From positions 1 to 24,749 of the forward strand of contig JAXGNU010000015.1 of the NCBI GenBank assembly GCA_040767805.1: 24,749 bases of DNA, in the 5' to 3' direction. The notes under the pieces are model-generated. The model had not been told where the DNA came from, did not search any database, and saw only the letters and a program-made list of their open reading frames with translations. Of the stretch, positions 8,718 to 16,972 are shown piece by piece. The DNA comes from Thermovirgaceae bacterium. Lineage in GTDB: Bacteria > Synergistota > Synergistia > Synergistales > Thermovirgaceae. The stretch's first letter is position 1. Every line of letters starts with the position of its first letter. The translations under genes and the position numbers were made by a program.

Positions 8718-10248
8718 CGAGGGTCACTCCCTTCGAAGCCGCCACCTGGTGCAGGCGGTTGATAGCGTTCACGTAGGCCTTGATGCTGGCCTCGATCACG
8801 TCGGTGCTGGCCCCGCGTCCCTGGGCGGATATTTCCCCCAGGGCAAGGGTGATATGGGCCTCGCCGACGGCGTCCGACCGGTGGCTCACGGCCTGCACGC
8901 GGTAGCTGGTCAGGATCGGTTCGAGCTTGGTAAGCCGCTTCAAGGCGGCGTAGGCGGCATCGACGGGACCGTTGCCCGTGGCGGCGTCGCTCCATGTAGT
9001 CCCGTTCTCCGATAAAGTAATGGTCGCCGTCCCCGCACCGTGGGTGGCCTGCACGGAGAATCCTTCCAGCGAGAAACGCCTGCAATTGGTGTTGGTCAAG
9101 AATTCGTCGACGATCATCGCCTCGAGGTCTCCATCGGTGACCATGACCTTGCGGTCGCAGAGCTGCTTGAAGAGCTGGAAAGCCTGGGTCACCTGTTCAT
9201 CGGTGAGATCAAAGCCGAGGTCGGCCACCCGTTTACGGAATGCGTGCTTCCCGGAATGCTTCCCCAGCACCAGCTTCGTCCCGGCCCCAACATCTTCGGG
9301 TTTCATGATCTCGTAGGTGGCCCTGTTGCACAGCACACCGTGCTGGTGAATTCCCGCTTCATGGGCGAAGGCGTTGGCTCCCACGATGGCCTTGTTGGGT
9401 GGGACCGGGAACCCCGTAAGGCTCGATACCAGGTGGCTCAGCCCGCAGAGGCCGGTAGTATCGACCCTGGTCTGGACCTCGAAATGGGACCTCTTGGTTC
9501 TCAATCCCATGACGATCTCCTCCATGGAAGCGTTGCCGGCCCGTTCCCCTATCCCGTTGACGGTGCATTCCACCTGCCTTACACCTCGTCTCACCGCCTC
9601 GAGTGAATTGGCCACGGCCAACCCGAGGTCGTTGTGACAGTGACAGGACCAGATGATGCCGTCACCGACGTCGGCCCTTCCGATGATCTCGGCCACGAAG
9701 CGGGAAAATTCTTCCGGCAGGGAGTATCCCACCGTATCGGGAATATTGAGGGTCGTGGCACCGCATTCGGCGGCTATGCGGAAGACCTCACAGAGAAAAT
9801 CCAGGTCGGAACGGCTGGCGTCTTCGGCGGAAAATTCCACGTCGTCGACAAAACTCCTGGCAAGGGAGACGGCTCTTCGAACTTCCTCCTTGACCTGTTC
9901 CCTGGACATCCGCAGTTTGTGCTCCATGTGTATGTCGCTGGTGGCGATGAAGGTGTGGATACGTGGTCTTTCAGCGTCCTTGAGGGCTTCCCAGGCCGCC
10001 TCGATGTCCCCCGTTCGCGTCCGTGCCAACCCGGCTATCACGGGGCCCTTGATATTCCTGGCGATCTCCTGGACAGCCTGCAGGTCCCCCGGTGAGGCGG
10101 CCGGGAAACCCGCCTCGATGACGTCGATATTCATTCGGGCAAGGTTGTGGGCAATCTGCAGTTTTTCGGCGGTGTTCAGGTTGATCCCGGCCGATTGCTC
10201 CCCGTCTCTCAAGGTGGTGTCGAAAATCCTGACATAGTCCTCTCCCAT
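8671..10248 (-). CDS. leuA: 2-isopropylmalate synthase
   Basis: DTTLRDGEQ, EAGFP, HCHNDLG, GIGERAGN, HEAGIHQ, and a C-terminal regulatory domain with GNGPVDA. Confidence 0.96.
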   Translation of the reverse strand: MGEDYVRIFDTTLRDGEQSAGINLNTAEKLQIAHNLARMNIDVIEAGFPAASPGDLQAVQEIARNIKGPVIAGLARTRTGDIEAAWEALKDAERPRIHTFIATSDIHMEHKLRMSREQVKEEVRRAVSLARSFVDDVEFSAEDASRSDLDFLCEVFRIAAECGATTLNIPDTVGYSLPEEFSRFVAEIIGRADVGDGIIWSCHCHNDLGLAVANSLEAVRRGVRQVECTVNGIGERAGNASMEEIVMGLRTKRSHFEVQTRVDTTGLCGLSHLVSSLTGFPVPPNKAIVGANAFAHEAGIHQHGVLCNRATYEIMKPEDVGAGTKLVLGKHSGKHAFRKRVADLGFDLTDEQVTQAFQLFKQLCDRKVMVTDGDLEAMIVDEFLTNTNCRRFSLEGFSVQATHGAGTATITLSENGTTWSDAATGNGPVDAAYAALKRLTKLEPILTSYRVQAVSHRSDAVGEAHITLALGEISAQGRGASTDVIEASIKAYVNAINRLHQVAASKGVTLDGNDLGPGDPVQEVR

Positions 10249-10382
10249 TACGATCTCACTCTCCTTTGCGCTCCAAAGAGTCCGGTCTTTTTATTCTGAC
10301 CATGAGAAGGCCGGCGTTGTTCCCCCGGAAAGACCTCGTGGATGTAAGGCGATCCCCCCTTCTTACGTCTCTCCGGCGGTGG

Positions 10383-10430
10383 AAAAAGAATAAAAAAGGG
10401 CCGGGGCCCTTAAAAAAGGATCCCGGCCCT
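10383..10430 (-). terminator. Attenuator terminator of the leu operon
   Basis: Minus-strand RNA AGGGCCGGGAUCCUU-UUUU-AAGGGCCCCGGCCCU followed by a U-rich tail, between the leader ORF and leuA. Confidence 0.88.
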
Positions 10431-10449
10431 GGAATGCCGCCAGACGGCA

Positions 10450-10554
10450 CTAGCCCGTCGGCGTCCCAGGAGGGGACCCGAAATCGAGGGTAAGGGCGAG
10501 CACAAGAATGGCGATCATCATCGCGTTACTTCCCTGCGGTACCGATGCTCTCAC
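10450..10554 (-). CDS. leu operon leader peptide (34 aa, MRASVPQGSNAMMIAILVLALTLDFGSPPGTPTG)
   Basis: AGGAGGAGG RBS, GTG start, I-A-I-L-V-L-A-L-T-L codon cluster, TAG stop 20 nt before the terminator stem; translated by hand. Confidence 0.8.
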   Translation of the reverse strand: MRASVPQGSNAMMIAILVLALTLDFGSPPGTPTG

Positions 10555-10603
10555 GGGCCTCCTCCTTTTCTTTGACTCATCGGGCGTCTGCTAATTGCTG
10601 GGC

Positions 10604-10632
10604 CTTCTATCCCCCCTCGGCAGCCCTGTCAA
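10604..10632 (-). promoter_or_regulatory. Putative sigma70 promoter of the leu leader/operon
   Basis: TTGACA-17 bp-TAGAAG on the minus strand, about 50 nt upstream of the leader start. Confidence 0.55.
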
Positions 10633-10638
10633 GGCATT

Positions 10639-10920
10639 GGGGTCAGGTCTACACTTTTGATTTTTCCACACTTTTGGCAACCTTCTGACGATTTTAAAGA
10701 TAACTCGCCTGCCTCCGAACATTCCGAAATCCTTACCCGGTCTCGCAAGGCAAGACATAAAACAAGGCATAGGTGTAACAAGGCATAGGTGTCAGACCTA
10801 CACTTTTGACAAATGGCCGGAATAATGGGAAAAGACGGCCAGTAGAAGGTTTTCGGGATCCTCGGGGATACCCGGGCCGGATAAGAGTTTCAAAATAGTC
10901 AAAAGTGTAGACCTGACCCC
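10639..10920. repeat. Repeat cluster 2: A(+) 10639-10660, B(+) 10788-10810, A(-) 10897-10920
   Basis: Direct reading of the motifs; 282 bp bounded by inverted A copies; 16-bp tandem duplication at 10761-10792. Confidence 0.95.
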
Positions 10921-11025
10921 GCACTTGTTTTTCGGACGCCTCCAGATTGCCATCGTTATCCCTTTCAACTGGCCCTTCTCTCGAACTTTCGATGATCTTA
11001 AAATGCGAAAAAGGGAGGTGCCACG

Positions 11026-11958
11026 ATGCTCACCTTTGGTCCGGTACCATCGAGGCGGCTGGGAAGGAGCATAGGCATAAACTCGATACCCCCGAAAACG
11101 TGCAGCTACTCCTGCGTGTACTGCCAGATCGGCCGCACGACCAAGTTCACCGCGACCAGGGGGCCCTTCTTTGACCCCAGCGAGATCGGCAAAGCGCTGG
11201 ACGAGCGCATGGAAAAGGTCCGGGCCGGCGGAGAGAGGGTCGATTACGTGACCTTTGTCCCCGACGGCGAGCCCACCCTCGATGAGAACCTCTCCGAAGC
11301 CCGCCATATCGTTAGCGCCCACGGTATACCGACGGCCATTATCACCAACGCCTCGCTGACAGGCAGGGAGGACGTCCGGAGGGACCTGGCCGGTTTCGAC
11401 CTGGTCTCCCTCAAGGTCGACTCAGTCTTGCCCGGGACCTGGCTCAAGGTCAACGGCCCGCACCCCTCACTGGACCTGGAAGCCATCCTGGGGGGGTCGC
11501 TCCGGTTCGCCAGGGACTTCGAGGGGATATTGCTGACCGAGACGATGCTCGTACGGGGCCTCAACGACACCGAGGAGAGCCTCCGAGCCACGGCGGAGCA
11601 TATCGGCAGGCTGAATCCCCGCTGTGCCTATGTCTCGATACCCACCAGGCCACCCGCGCAGAAGTGGGTGAAGCACCCCGCGCCGCGATCGCTCCTGAAG
11701 GCCTTCAATATCTTCTCGGGGCATGTGGGGCGAGTGGAACTGCTCACGGGGTACGAGGGCAACGCCTTCGCTTCAACGGGTGACCCCGAGGCCGATATCC
11801 TTGACATAACGGCCGTCCACCCCATGAGGAGGGACGCTGTGGAGGAGCTCCTGGCCAGGAGCGGGGCCGAGTGGGGCCTGGTCGAGGGGATGCTCCGGGA
11901 TGGGAAAATAACGATGGCCCCCTGGGAAGGGGAGGAGTTCTTCATCCGCTCCTTCTGA
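11026..11958 (+). CDS. Radical SAM Fe-S protein (COG0731/TYW1-related type, function unknown)
   Basis: FGPVPSRRLGRSIG, CSYSCVYC (CxxxCxxC), DGEPTL, ETMLVRGLND; GGAGG RBS. Confidence 0.9.
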   Translation: MLTFGPVPSRRLGRSIGINSIPPKTCSYSCVYCQIGRTTKFTATRGPFFDPSEIGKALDERMEKVRAGGERVDYVTFVPDGEPTLDENLSEARHIVSAHGIPTAIITNASLTGREDVRRDLAGFDLVSLKVDSVLPGTWLKVNGPHPSLDLEAILGGSLRFARDFEGILLTETMLVRGLNDTEESLRATAEHIGRLNPRCAYVSIPTRPPAQKWVKHPAPRSLLKAFNIFSGHVGRVELLTGYEGNAFASTGDPEADILDITAVHPMRRDAVEELLARSGAEWGLVEGMLRDGKITMAPWEGEEFFIRSF

Positions 11959-11960
11959 GC

Positions 11961-12218
11961 GGGGTCAGGTCTACACTTTTGACTTTTCCGCACTTTTGGC
12001 AACTTTCTGACGTTTTTAGGTTTAACCCTCCTGCCTCACTCCCCATTCAGGATCCCTTACCCGGCCTGGGTTTCTACAGTGTGCTCCTTTCATTCCAGGC
12101 TTGATCTCTTATCCTGGAACTCCGTTATTTGCATAAAAAGACTTACTCAAAGAGGTTTGTCAAAAGTGTAGGTCTGACACCGAACTTGGGGTTTAGTCAA
12201 AAGTGTAGACCTGACCCC
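11961..12218. repeat. Repeat cluster 3: A(+) 11961-11984, B(-) 12159-12181, A(-) 12195-12218
   Basis: 258 bp; the terminal inverted repeat is perfect over 28 bp when flanking GAGC/GCTC is included; begins 2 bp after the radical SAM stop codon. Confidence 0.95.
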
Positions 12219-12287
12219 GCTCTTGGATTTTCAATTCCGCATCGGGCTGGTAAGATGACTTTCGATACCTGCCGTGGAGGTCGAACG

Positions 12288-13154
12288 ATGGAACTGGATA
12301 AGATCCTTTCGAAAGAGAATTTCCTTTTCTCCGGAAAATCCAAGGATATCTACCTCATCCCCGAGGGGAGGTACAAGGGCAAGTACGCCCTGGTCTTCAC
12401 CGACCGCGCCACGGGCTACCTGGACAAGGACGGAAAGGCCGTCTTCGACCCCGGCTACGACGACGTCGTCGGCGAGATCCCGGGCAAGGGGGCCATAGCC
12501 TGTAAATTCGCCGCCTACTTTTTCAGGCTCCTGGCCGGGCAGGGGGTGCCGACCCATTTCATCGACACCTTGGCTGAGGACGTCATGGTGGTGGAACCGG
12601 CCGTGCCGATAGGCATGCCCGAGCAGGGGCCGGAGTTCCCGGGCTCGGCGCCGCTCCTCAACCTGGAGTGGACCTGGCGCCACAGCGCCATGGGGAGCTT
12701 CTGGCGGCGCTACCCCTTCGTCAGGCCCTGCGCCGACCTGCCCGTGGTCGTCGAGGCATGGACCAAGGGGAAGGTCGACAGGCTGATAACCTTCGAATCG
12801 CTGGTGGGCGCCGGCGTGATGACGGCCGAGGAGGTCGCTTTCGCCGAGGGCTTCGTAAAGGATATCGCCCTGGTCATCTACGATGAGTTCGCCGCCCGGG
12901 GGTTGCACGTCCTCGACGGGAAGGTCGAACTGGGGCGCCTCAAGGAAGGCGACGGCTCCATAGTGCTGATCGACGAGATTTCGCCCGACGTCCTGCGGGT
13001 CTGCAACGGGTACCTGGAGGGGGAAAGGGGCTGCCTCCGGGCCGAGGAGTGCATCACCACGTCCCTTTCGGGCGAAGAGCGCAGGATATCCGCCGGGTAC
13101 CAATTGTCCGCGGCGAAACTGGAAAAAATATTCCTGGGGGAGGAGAGACCATGA
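12288..13154 (+). CDS. SAICAR synthetase (PurC) family protein, divergent
   Basis: GKSKDIY, FTDRAT, IPGKG, PTHF, GSFWRRY, LDGKVELG, LIDEISPD; GGAGG RBS before ATG 12288. Confidence 0.8.
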   Translation: MELDKILSKENFLFSGKSKDIYLIPEGRYKGKYALVFTDRATGYLDKDGKAVFDPGYDDVVGEIPGKGAIACKFAAYFFRLLAGQGVPTHFIDTLAEDVMVVEPAVPIGMPEQGPEFPGSAPLLNLEWTWRHSAMGSFWRRYPFVRPCADLPVVVEAWTKGKVDRLITFESLVGAGVMTAEEVAFAEGFVKDIALVIYDEFAARGLHVLDGKVELGRLKEGDGSIVLIDEISPDVLRVCNGYLEGERGCLRAEECITTSLSGEERRISAGYQLSAAKLEKIFLGEERP

Positions 13155-13633
13155 TCTCGGTGCGGGAAACGGCCATAGGGTGGATAGCCATTGAGGAGAA
13201 GGACGGGTGGATCACCCGCCTCGACCTTCCCAACCAGGCCTCCGGCAGGCCTCGGGTCCCCGTGGAGGAGACCCCCCTCCTGAAGGAGGCCTTCCGGCAG
13301 CTGGACCTTTACCTGGAGGGCAAATTACAGGTGTTCTCCCTCCCCCTCAAGGTCGAGGGGTCGCCCTTCATGGAACGGGCCTGGAAAAAACTGGCCGAGG
13401 TGCCTTACGGGCGGACCATCACTTACGGCGACCTCGCCGCCCTAGCGGGGAACCCCAAGGCGGCCAGGGCCGCCGGGATGGCCTGCGCCAGGAACCCCAT
13501 CGCCATATTCATCCCCTGCCACAGGGTCGTGGGTTCCGGTGGCAGGCTGGTGGGCTTCGGGGGCGGGCTGAACCTGAAATCGTGGCTCCTGGAACACGAA
13601 GCCCGTCACTCCGGGCAGAGCGGGGGCCTATGA
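13151..13633 (+). CDS. ogt: Methylated-DNA--protein-cysteine methyltransferase
   Basis: VPYGRTITYG, AARAAG, NPIAIFIPCHRVVG active site; ATGA overlap with the upstream gene. Confidence 0.93.
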   Translation: MISVRETAIGWIAIEEKDGWITRLDLPNQASGRPRVPVEETPLLKEAFRQLDLYLEGKLQVFSLPLKVEGSPFMERAWKKLAEVPYGRTITYGDLAALAGNPKAARAAGMACARNPIAIFIPCHRVVGSGGRLVGFGGGLNLKSWLLEHEARHSGQSGGL

Positions 13634-14235
13634 GGATATTCCGCTACGGCCACGCCGAGATCAGCCACCTGAAAAGCCGTGACAGGAAGCTCGCCGCGGC
13701 GATAGACAGGATCGGGATGGTGGAGTGCGAGATCATCCCCGACCTTTTCAAGGCCCTGGTCTATCACATAGTGGGGCAGCAGATATCGAGCGCCGCGGCC
13801 GACGCCGTCTGGGCCCGGATGAAGCAATGCTTCGGGGAGATCACCCCCGAGAGGCTCGACGCCGCGACGCTGGAAGAGGTGCAGCAGTGCGGGCTCTCCT
13901 TCCGGAAGGCGGGCTACATAAAGGAGTCAAGCCGGGCCGTGGCGGAAGGCGAGGTCGACCTCGAGGCCCTGGGTGACCTCCCAGACGCCGAGGTGATCCG
14001 GCGGCTGTCGTCCTTGAGGGGAGTGGGCCGCTGGACGGCCGAGATGCTGCTCATTTTCTCCCTGGAGCGCCCCGACGTGGTGAGCGGGGGCGACCTGGCG
14101 ATACGGCGCGGCATGATGACCCTCTACGGCCGGAAGACGCTGGACGACGACGCCTTCCGGCGCTACGCGAGGCGCTACTCCCCCTACGGGTCCACGGCGT
14201 CCCTCTACCTATGGGAGATAGCCCTCGGGCGTTGA
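13630..14235 (+). CDS. alkA: DNA-3-methyladenine glycosylase II family (HhH-GPD)
   Basis: IVGQQIS, LRGVGRWTAEMLLIF (HhH), DLAIRRG, SPYGSTASLYLW; ATGA overlap with ogt. Confidence 0.88.
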   Translation: MRIFRYGHAEISHLKSRDRKLAAAIDRIGMVECEIIPDLFKALVYHIVGQQISSAAADAVWARMKQCFGEITPERLDAATLEEVQQCGLSFRKAGYIKESSRAVAEGEVDLEALGDLPDAEVIRRLSSLRGVGRWTAEMLLIFSLERPDVVSGGDLAIRRGMMTLYGRKTLDDDAFRRYARRYSPYGSTASLYLWEIALGR

Positions 14236-14249
14236 AAGGGGAGGTTACT

Positions 14250-15479
14250 TTGGTTGGAGAAAGGATCAAGGCACTGGCCGAAAGTATGCGCGACGAAGTG
14301 ACGGAACTGCGCCACCACTTCCATCGTCATCCCGAAACGGCCTGGAAGGAGGTAGGGACCAGCGATAAGGTCGAGGCCCTCTTAAGTGAGTGGGGCTTCG
14401 AGAACATCCGGCGCGGCTTCAGGGGGACCCGAAGCGGCGTGGTCGCCGACCTGAACGCCGGCAGGGAGGCCCCCTCCATAGCCCTCCGGGCCGACATGGA
14501 CGCCCTCGCCATAAAGGAAGAGAACCCCGTGCCCTACGCCTCGGCCCACGAAGGCGTGATGCACGCCTGCGGGCACGACGCCCACATGGCCATTCTACTC
14601 GGGGCCGGCAAGGTCCTCGCTTCCATGAGGGAAGAGCTGCCCGGCAGGGTCCGGCTCATATTCCAGCCCTCCGAGGAGGGCGGATCCACCAGCGGTAATT
14701 ACCCCGGGGCCGAACACCTGGTCCGTGAGGGCGTGCTGGAGGGCATCGACGCCATTGCGGGGCTCCATGTCTGGTCACCCCTCGCGACGGGCCTCGTGGC
14801 TGTCCGGCCGGGCCCCATGATGAGCGCCTGCGACAGCTGGACCGCTCGGATACACGGCAAGGGAGGCCACGGGGCGATGCCCCAGGACGCCATAGATCCC
14901 ACCCTGGCGGCGACGACCTTCGTAAACCTCCTTCAGACCATCGTCAGCCGCGAGGTGGATCCCAAGGAGATCGTGGTCGTGAGCGTGGGCAAGTTCATCG
15001 CCGGTTCAGCCTTTAACATCATCCCCGATTCCGTGGAGGTCACCGGTACGGTGAGGACCTTCGACCCCGTCATCCAGGCGAACATGCCCGGCATGATCGG
15101 GCGGATCGCCGACGGCGTCTGCTCGGCCCTCCGCTGCCATGCCGAACTGGATTACACCCGTTTCACGCCCCCCACGATCAACGACGAGGAGCTCACCAGC
15201 CGTTTCATCGAGACGGCGAAAAGGACCGTCGGTGAGGACCGGGTCCAGGCGTCGCCGCTCATCATGGTCTCGGAGGACTTCAGCTATTACCAGGAGAAGA
15301 TCCCCGGGGTCTTCTTTCTTCTCGGCTGCGGCAACCCCTTGAAGGGGACCGATAACCCTCACCATTCTCCCCGTTTCAACGTCGACGACGATGCCCTACC
15401 GACGGGGATGGAACTCCTGGCGGCTTTCGCGGCCGACTTCCTGGTCGCCCGAGGCGGCACGGGGGCATTGAAAAGATAG
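14250..15479 (+). CDS. M20D amidohydrolase
   Basis: FHRHPE, LRADMDAL, MHACGHDAH, FQPSEE, GKGGHGAMP, SEDFS, HHSPRF; TTG start after GGAGG (ATG 14286 is an alternative). Confidence 0.92.
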   Translation: MVGERIKALAESMRDEVTELRHHFHRHPETAWKEVGTSDKVEALLSEWGFENIRRGFRGTRSGVVADLNAGREAPSIALRADMDALAIKEENPVPYASAHEGVMHACGHDAHMAILLGAGKVLASMREELPGRVRLIFQPSEEGGSTSGNYPGAEHLVREGVLEGIDAIAGLHVWSPLATGLVAVRPGPMMSACDSWTARIHGKGGHGAMPQDAIDPTLAATTFVNLLQTIVSREVDPKEIVVVSVGKFIAGSAFNIIPDSVEVTGTVRTFDPVIQANMPGMIGRIADGVCSALRCHAELDYTRFTPPTINDEELTSRFIETAKRTVGEDRVQASPLIMVSEDFSYYQEKIPGVFFLLGCGNPLKGTDNPHHSPRFNVDDDALPTGMELLAAFAADFLVARGGTGALKR

Positions 15480-15504
15480 AACTACCATAAAAGGAGGGTC
15501 CTTC

Positions 15505-16686
15505 ATGGCGGACATCAAGGGGAGGGCAAAGGCCCTCAACGGCGAGATCGTGCGGTGGAGGCGCCAGGTCCACCAAAACCCTGAACTGGGGCTCCATACT
15601 CCCATGACGGAGACCTTCGTCGTTGAGCGGCTAAGGGAGATGGGCCTCGACGAGATTCGCTCCGGCGTGGGCGGCCACGGCGTGGCGGCCCTCGTCAGGG
15701 GTAAAAAGCCCGGCAAGGTGCTGGGGATGAGGGCCGACATGGACGCCCTCCCCGTCAAGGAAGAGACGGGGCTGCCCTTCGCCTCCACGGTGGAAGGGCG
15801 CATGCACGCCTGCGGTCACGACGCCCACGTGGCCATCCTGCTGGGCACGGCCAAGATCCTGGCGGAGAACCGGGACGACCTCGCCGGGACGGTGAAGCTG
15901 ATCTTCCAGCCCTCCGAGGAGGACTCCGAGGGCGCCCCAGCGATGATCAGGGACGGCGTGCTGGAGGACCCGCCCCTGGACGCCATCATCGGCCTCCACA
16001 CGGGGAACCTCTGGGGAGGGCTCCGCTCGGGGATGGTGGGCTACCGGCACGGCGCGCTCATGGCGGCCGTCGACTGGTTCACCGTCACCTTCGAGGGCAG
16101 GGGCGGCCACGGGGCCGCGCCGCATTTGACGGTGGACCCCATCGCCATGGCCTGCCAGGCCTTTGCGGCCATCCAGGCCGTTGTAAGCCGGGAGAAGAGC
16201 CCCCTGGCCCCGGCGGTCGTGACGGTGGGCAGGATCGAAGGGGGTTCCGCACCGAACATCATCGACTCCAGCTGCACCATGGAAGGGACGATCCGGAGCC
16301 TGGACCCTGAAACGCGCACTTTGCTCGGCGAACGGGTCAAGGCGGTCTGCGAGGGCGTCGCCCAGGGCATGCGGGGCCGGGCCGATGTCCGGTTGACCCG
16401 CGGGGCGCCGGCCCTCATCAATGACCAAGGGGTCACCGACAAACTCAGGGAGGCCGCCGCCGATATCGTGGGGGAGGGTTCCGTCGCGGCTATCGCCGAA
16501 CCGACCATGGGGGGCGAGGACATGGCCTTCTTCCTTGAAAAGGTGCCGGGATCCTTTTTCTTCCTCCCCTCGATCCCCGGGGAAGGAGTGGTCTACCCCC
16601 ACCACCACTCCAAGTTCGACCTCGATGAAAGCGTGTTTTGGATAGGTTCCGCCGTCATGGCCCATTTCGCCCTGACCTGGCAGTGA
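15505..16686 (+). CDS. M20D amidohydrolase
   Basis: HQNPELG, RADMDALP, MHACGHDAH, FQPSEE, GRGGHGAAPH, GEDMA, HHSKF; AGGAGG RBS. Confidence 0.93.
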   Translation: MADIKGRAKALNGEIVRWRRQVHQNPELGLHTPMTETFVVERLREMGLDEIRSGVGGHGVAALVRGKKPGKVLGMRADMDALPVKEETGLPFASTVEGRMHACGHDAHVAILLGTAKILAENRDDLAGTVKLIFQPSEEDSEGAPAMIRDGVLEDPPLDAIIGLHTGNLWGGLRSGMVGYRHGALMAAVDWFTVTFEGRGGHGAAPHLTVDPIAMACQAFAAIQAVVSREKSPLAPAVVTVGRIEGGSAPNIIDSSCTMEGTIRSLDPETRTLLGERVKAVCEGVAQGMRGRADVRLTRGAPALINDQGVTDKLREAAADIVGEGSVAAIAEPTMGGEDMAFFLEKVPGSFFFLPSIPGEGVVYPHHHSKFDLDESVFWIGSAVMAHFALTWQ

Positions 16687-16724
16687 GTCGACCTTTTTTG
16701 AATATTGGGAATCCGGGGCTTCCC

Positions 16725-16753
16725 TTGACGCCCTTTCCTTTTTAATCTACGAT
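16725..16753 (+). promoter_or_regulatory. Putative sigma70 promoter of TRAP operon 1
   Basis: TTGACG-17 bp-TACGAT. Confidence 0.6.
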
Positions 16754-16972
16754 GGCCATTAAATGAGATAAAGCGTCGTTCCACCGTTTCGTTGTCACCT
16801 TGCAGGGGTTGGAAGATCCGCAGGGGGACCGGGTGGGGCTTACAAACCAGGACGGGCCGTCGGGCTGCGCGGCCGTTGTTCTGGTTGTGCTTGTTCCCTG
16901 CGGGTCGCAGCGAAGGTCATGAAAGGATAGGCCTTTGAAAAAGTGATGGAAAAGAGAGAGGAGATGAGTCGG

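Noticed and set aside
10535..10545. T-box motif upstream of leuA
   Set aside because: Only GGTACCGC is present, without the UGG bulge and far from the terminator; the leader-peptide model fits better.
10733..10924. Small ORFs over the repeat clusters (also 5572-5772, and the 12129-12287 extension of the purC-like ORF)
   Set aside because: Their shared peptides (KSVGLTP, QKCRPDP) are translations of the repeat; no RBS or protein family features.
10639..12218. CRISPR array interpretation of the repeats
   Set aside because: Mixed orientations, irregular spacing, dispersed clusters and no cas genes.
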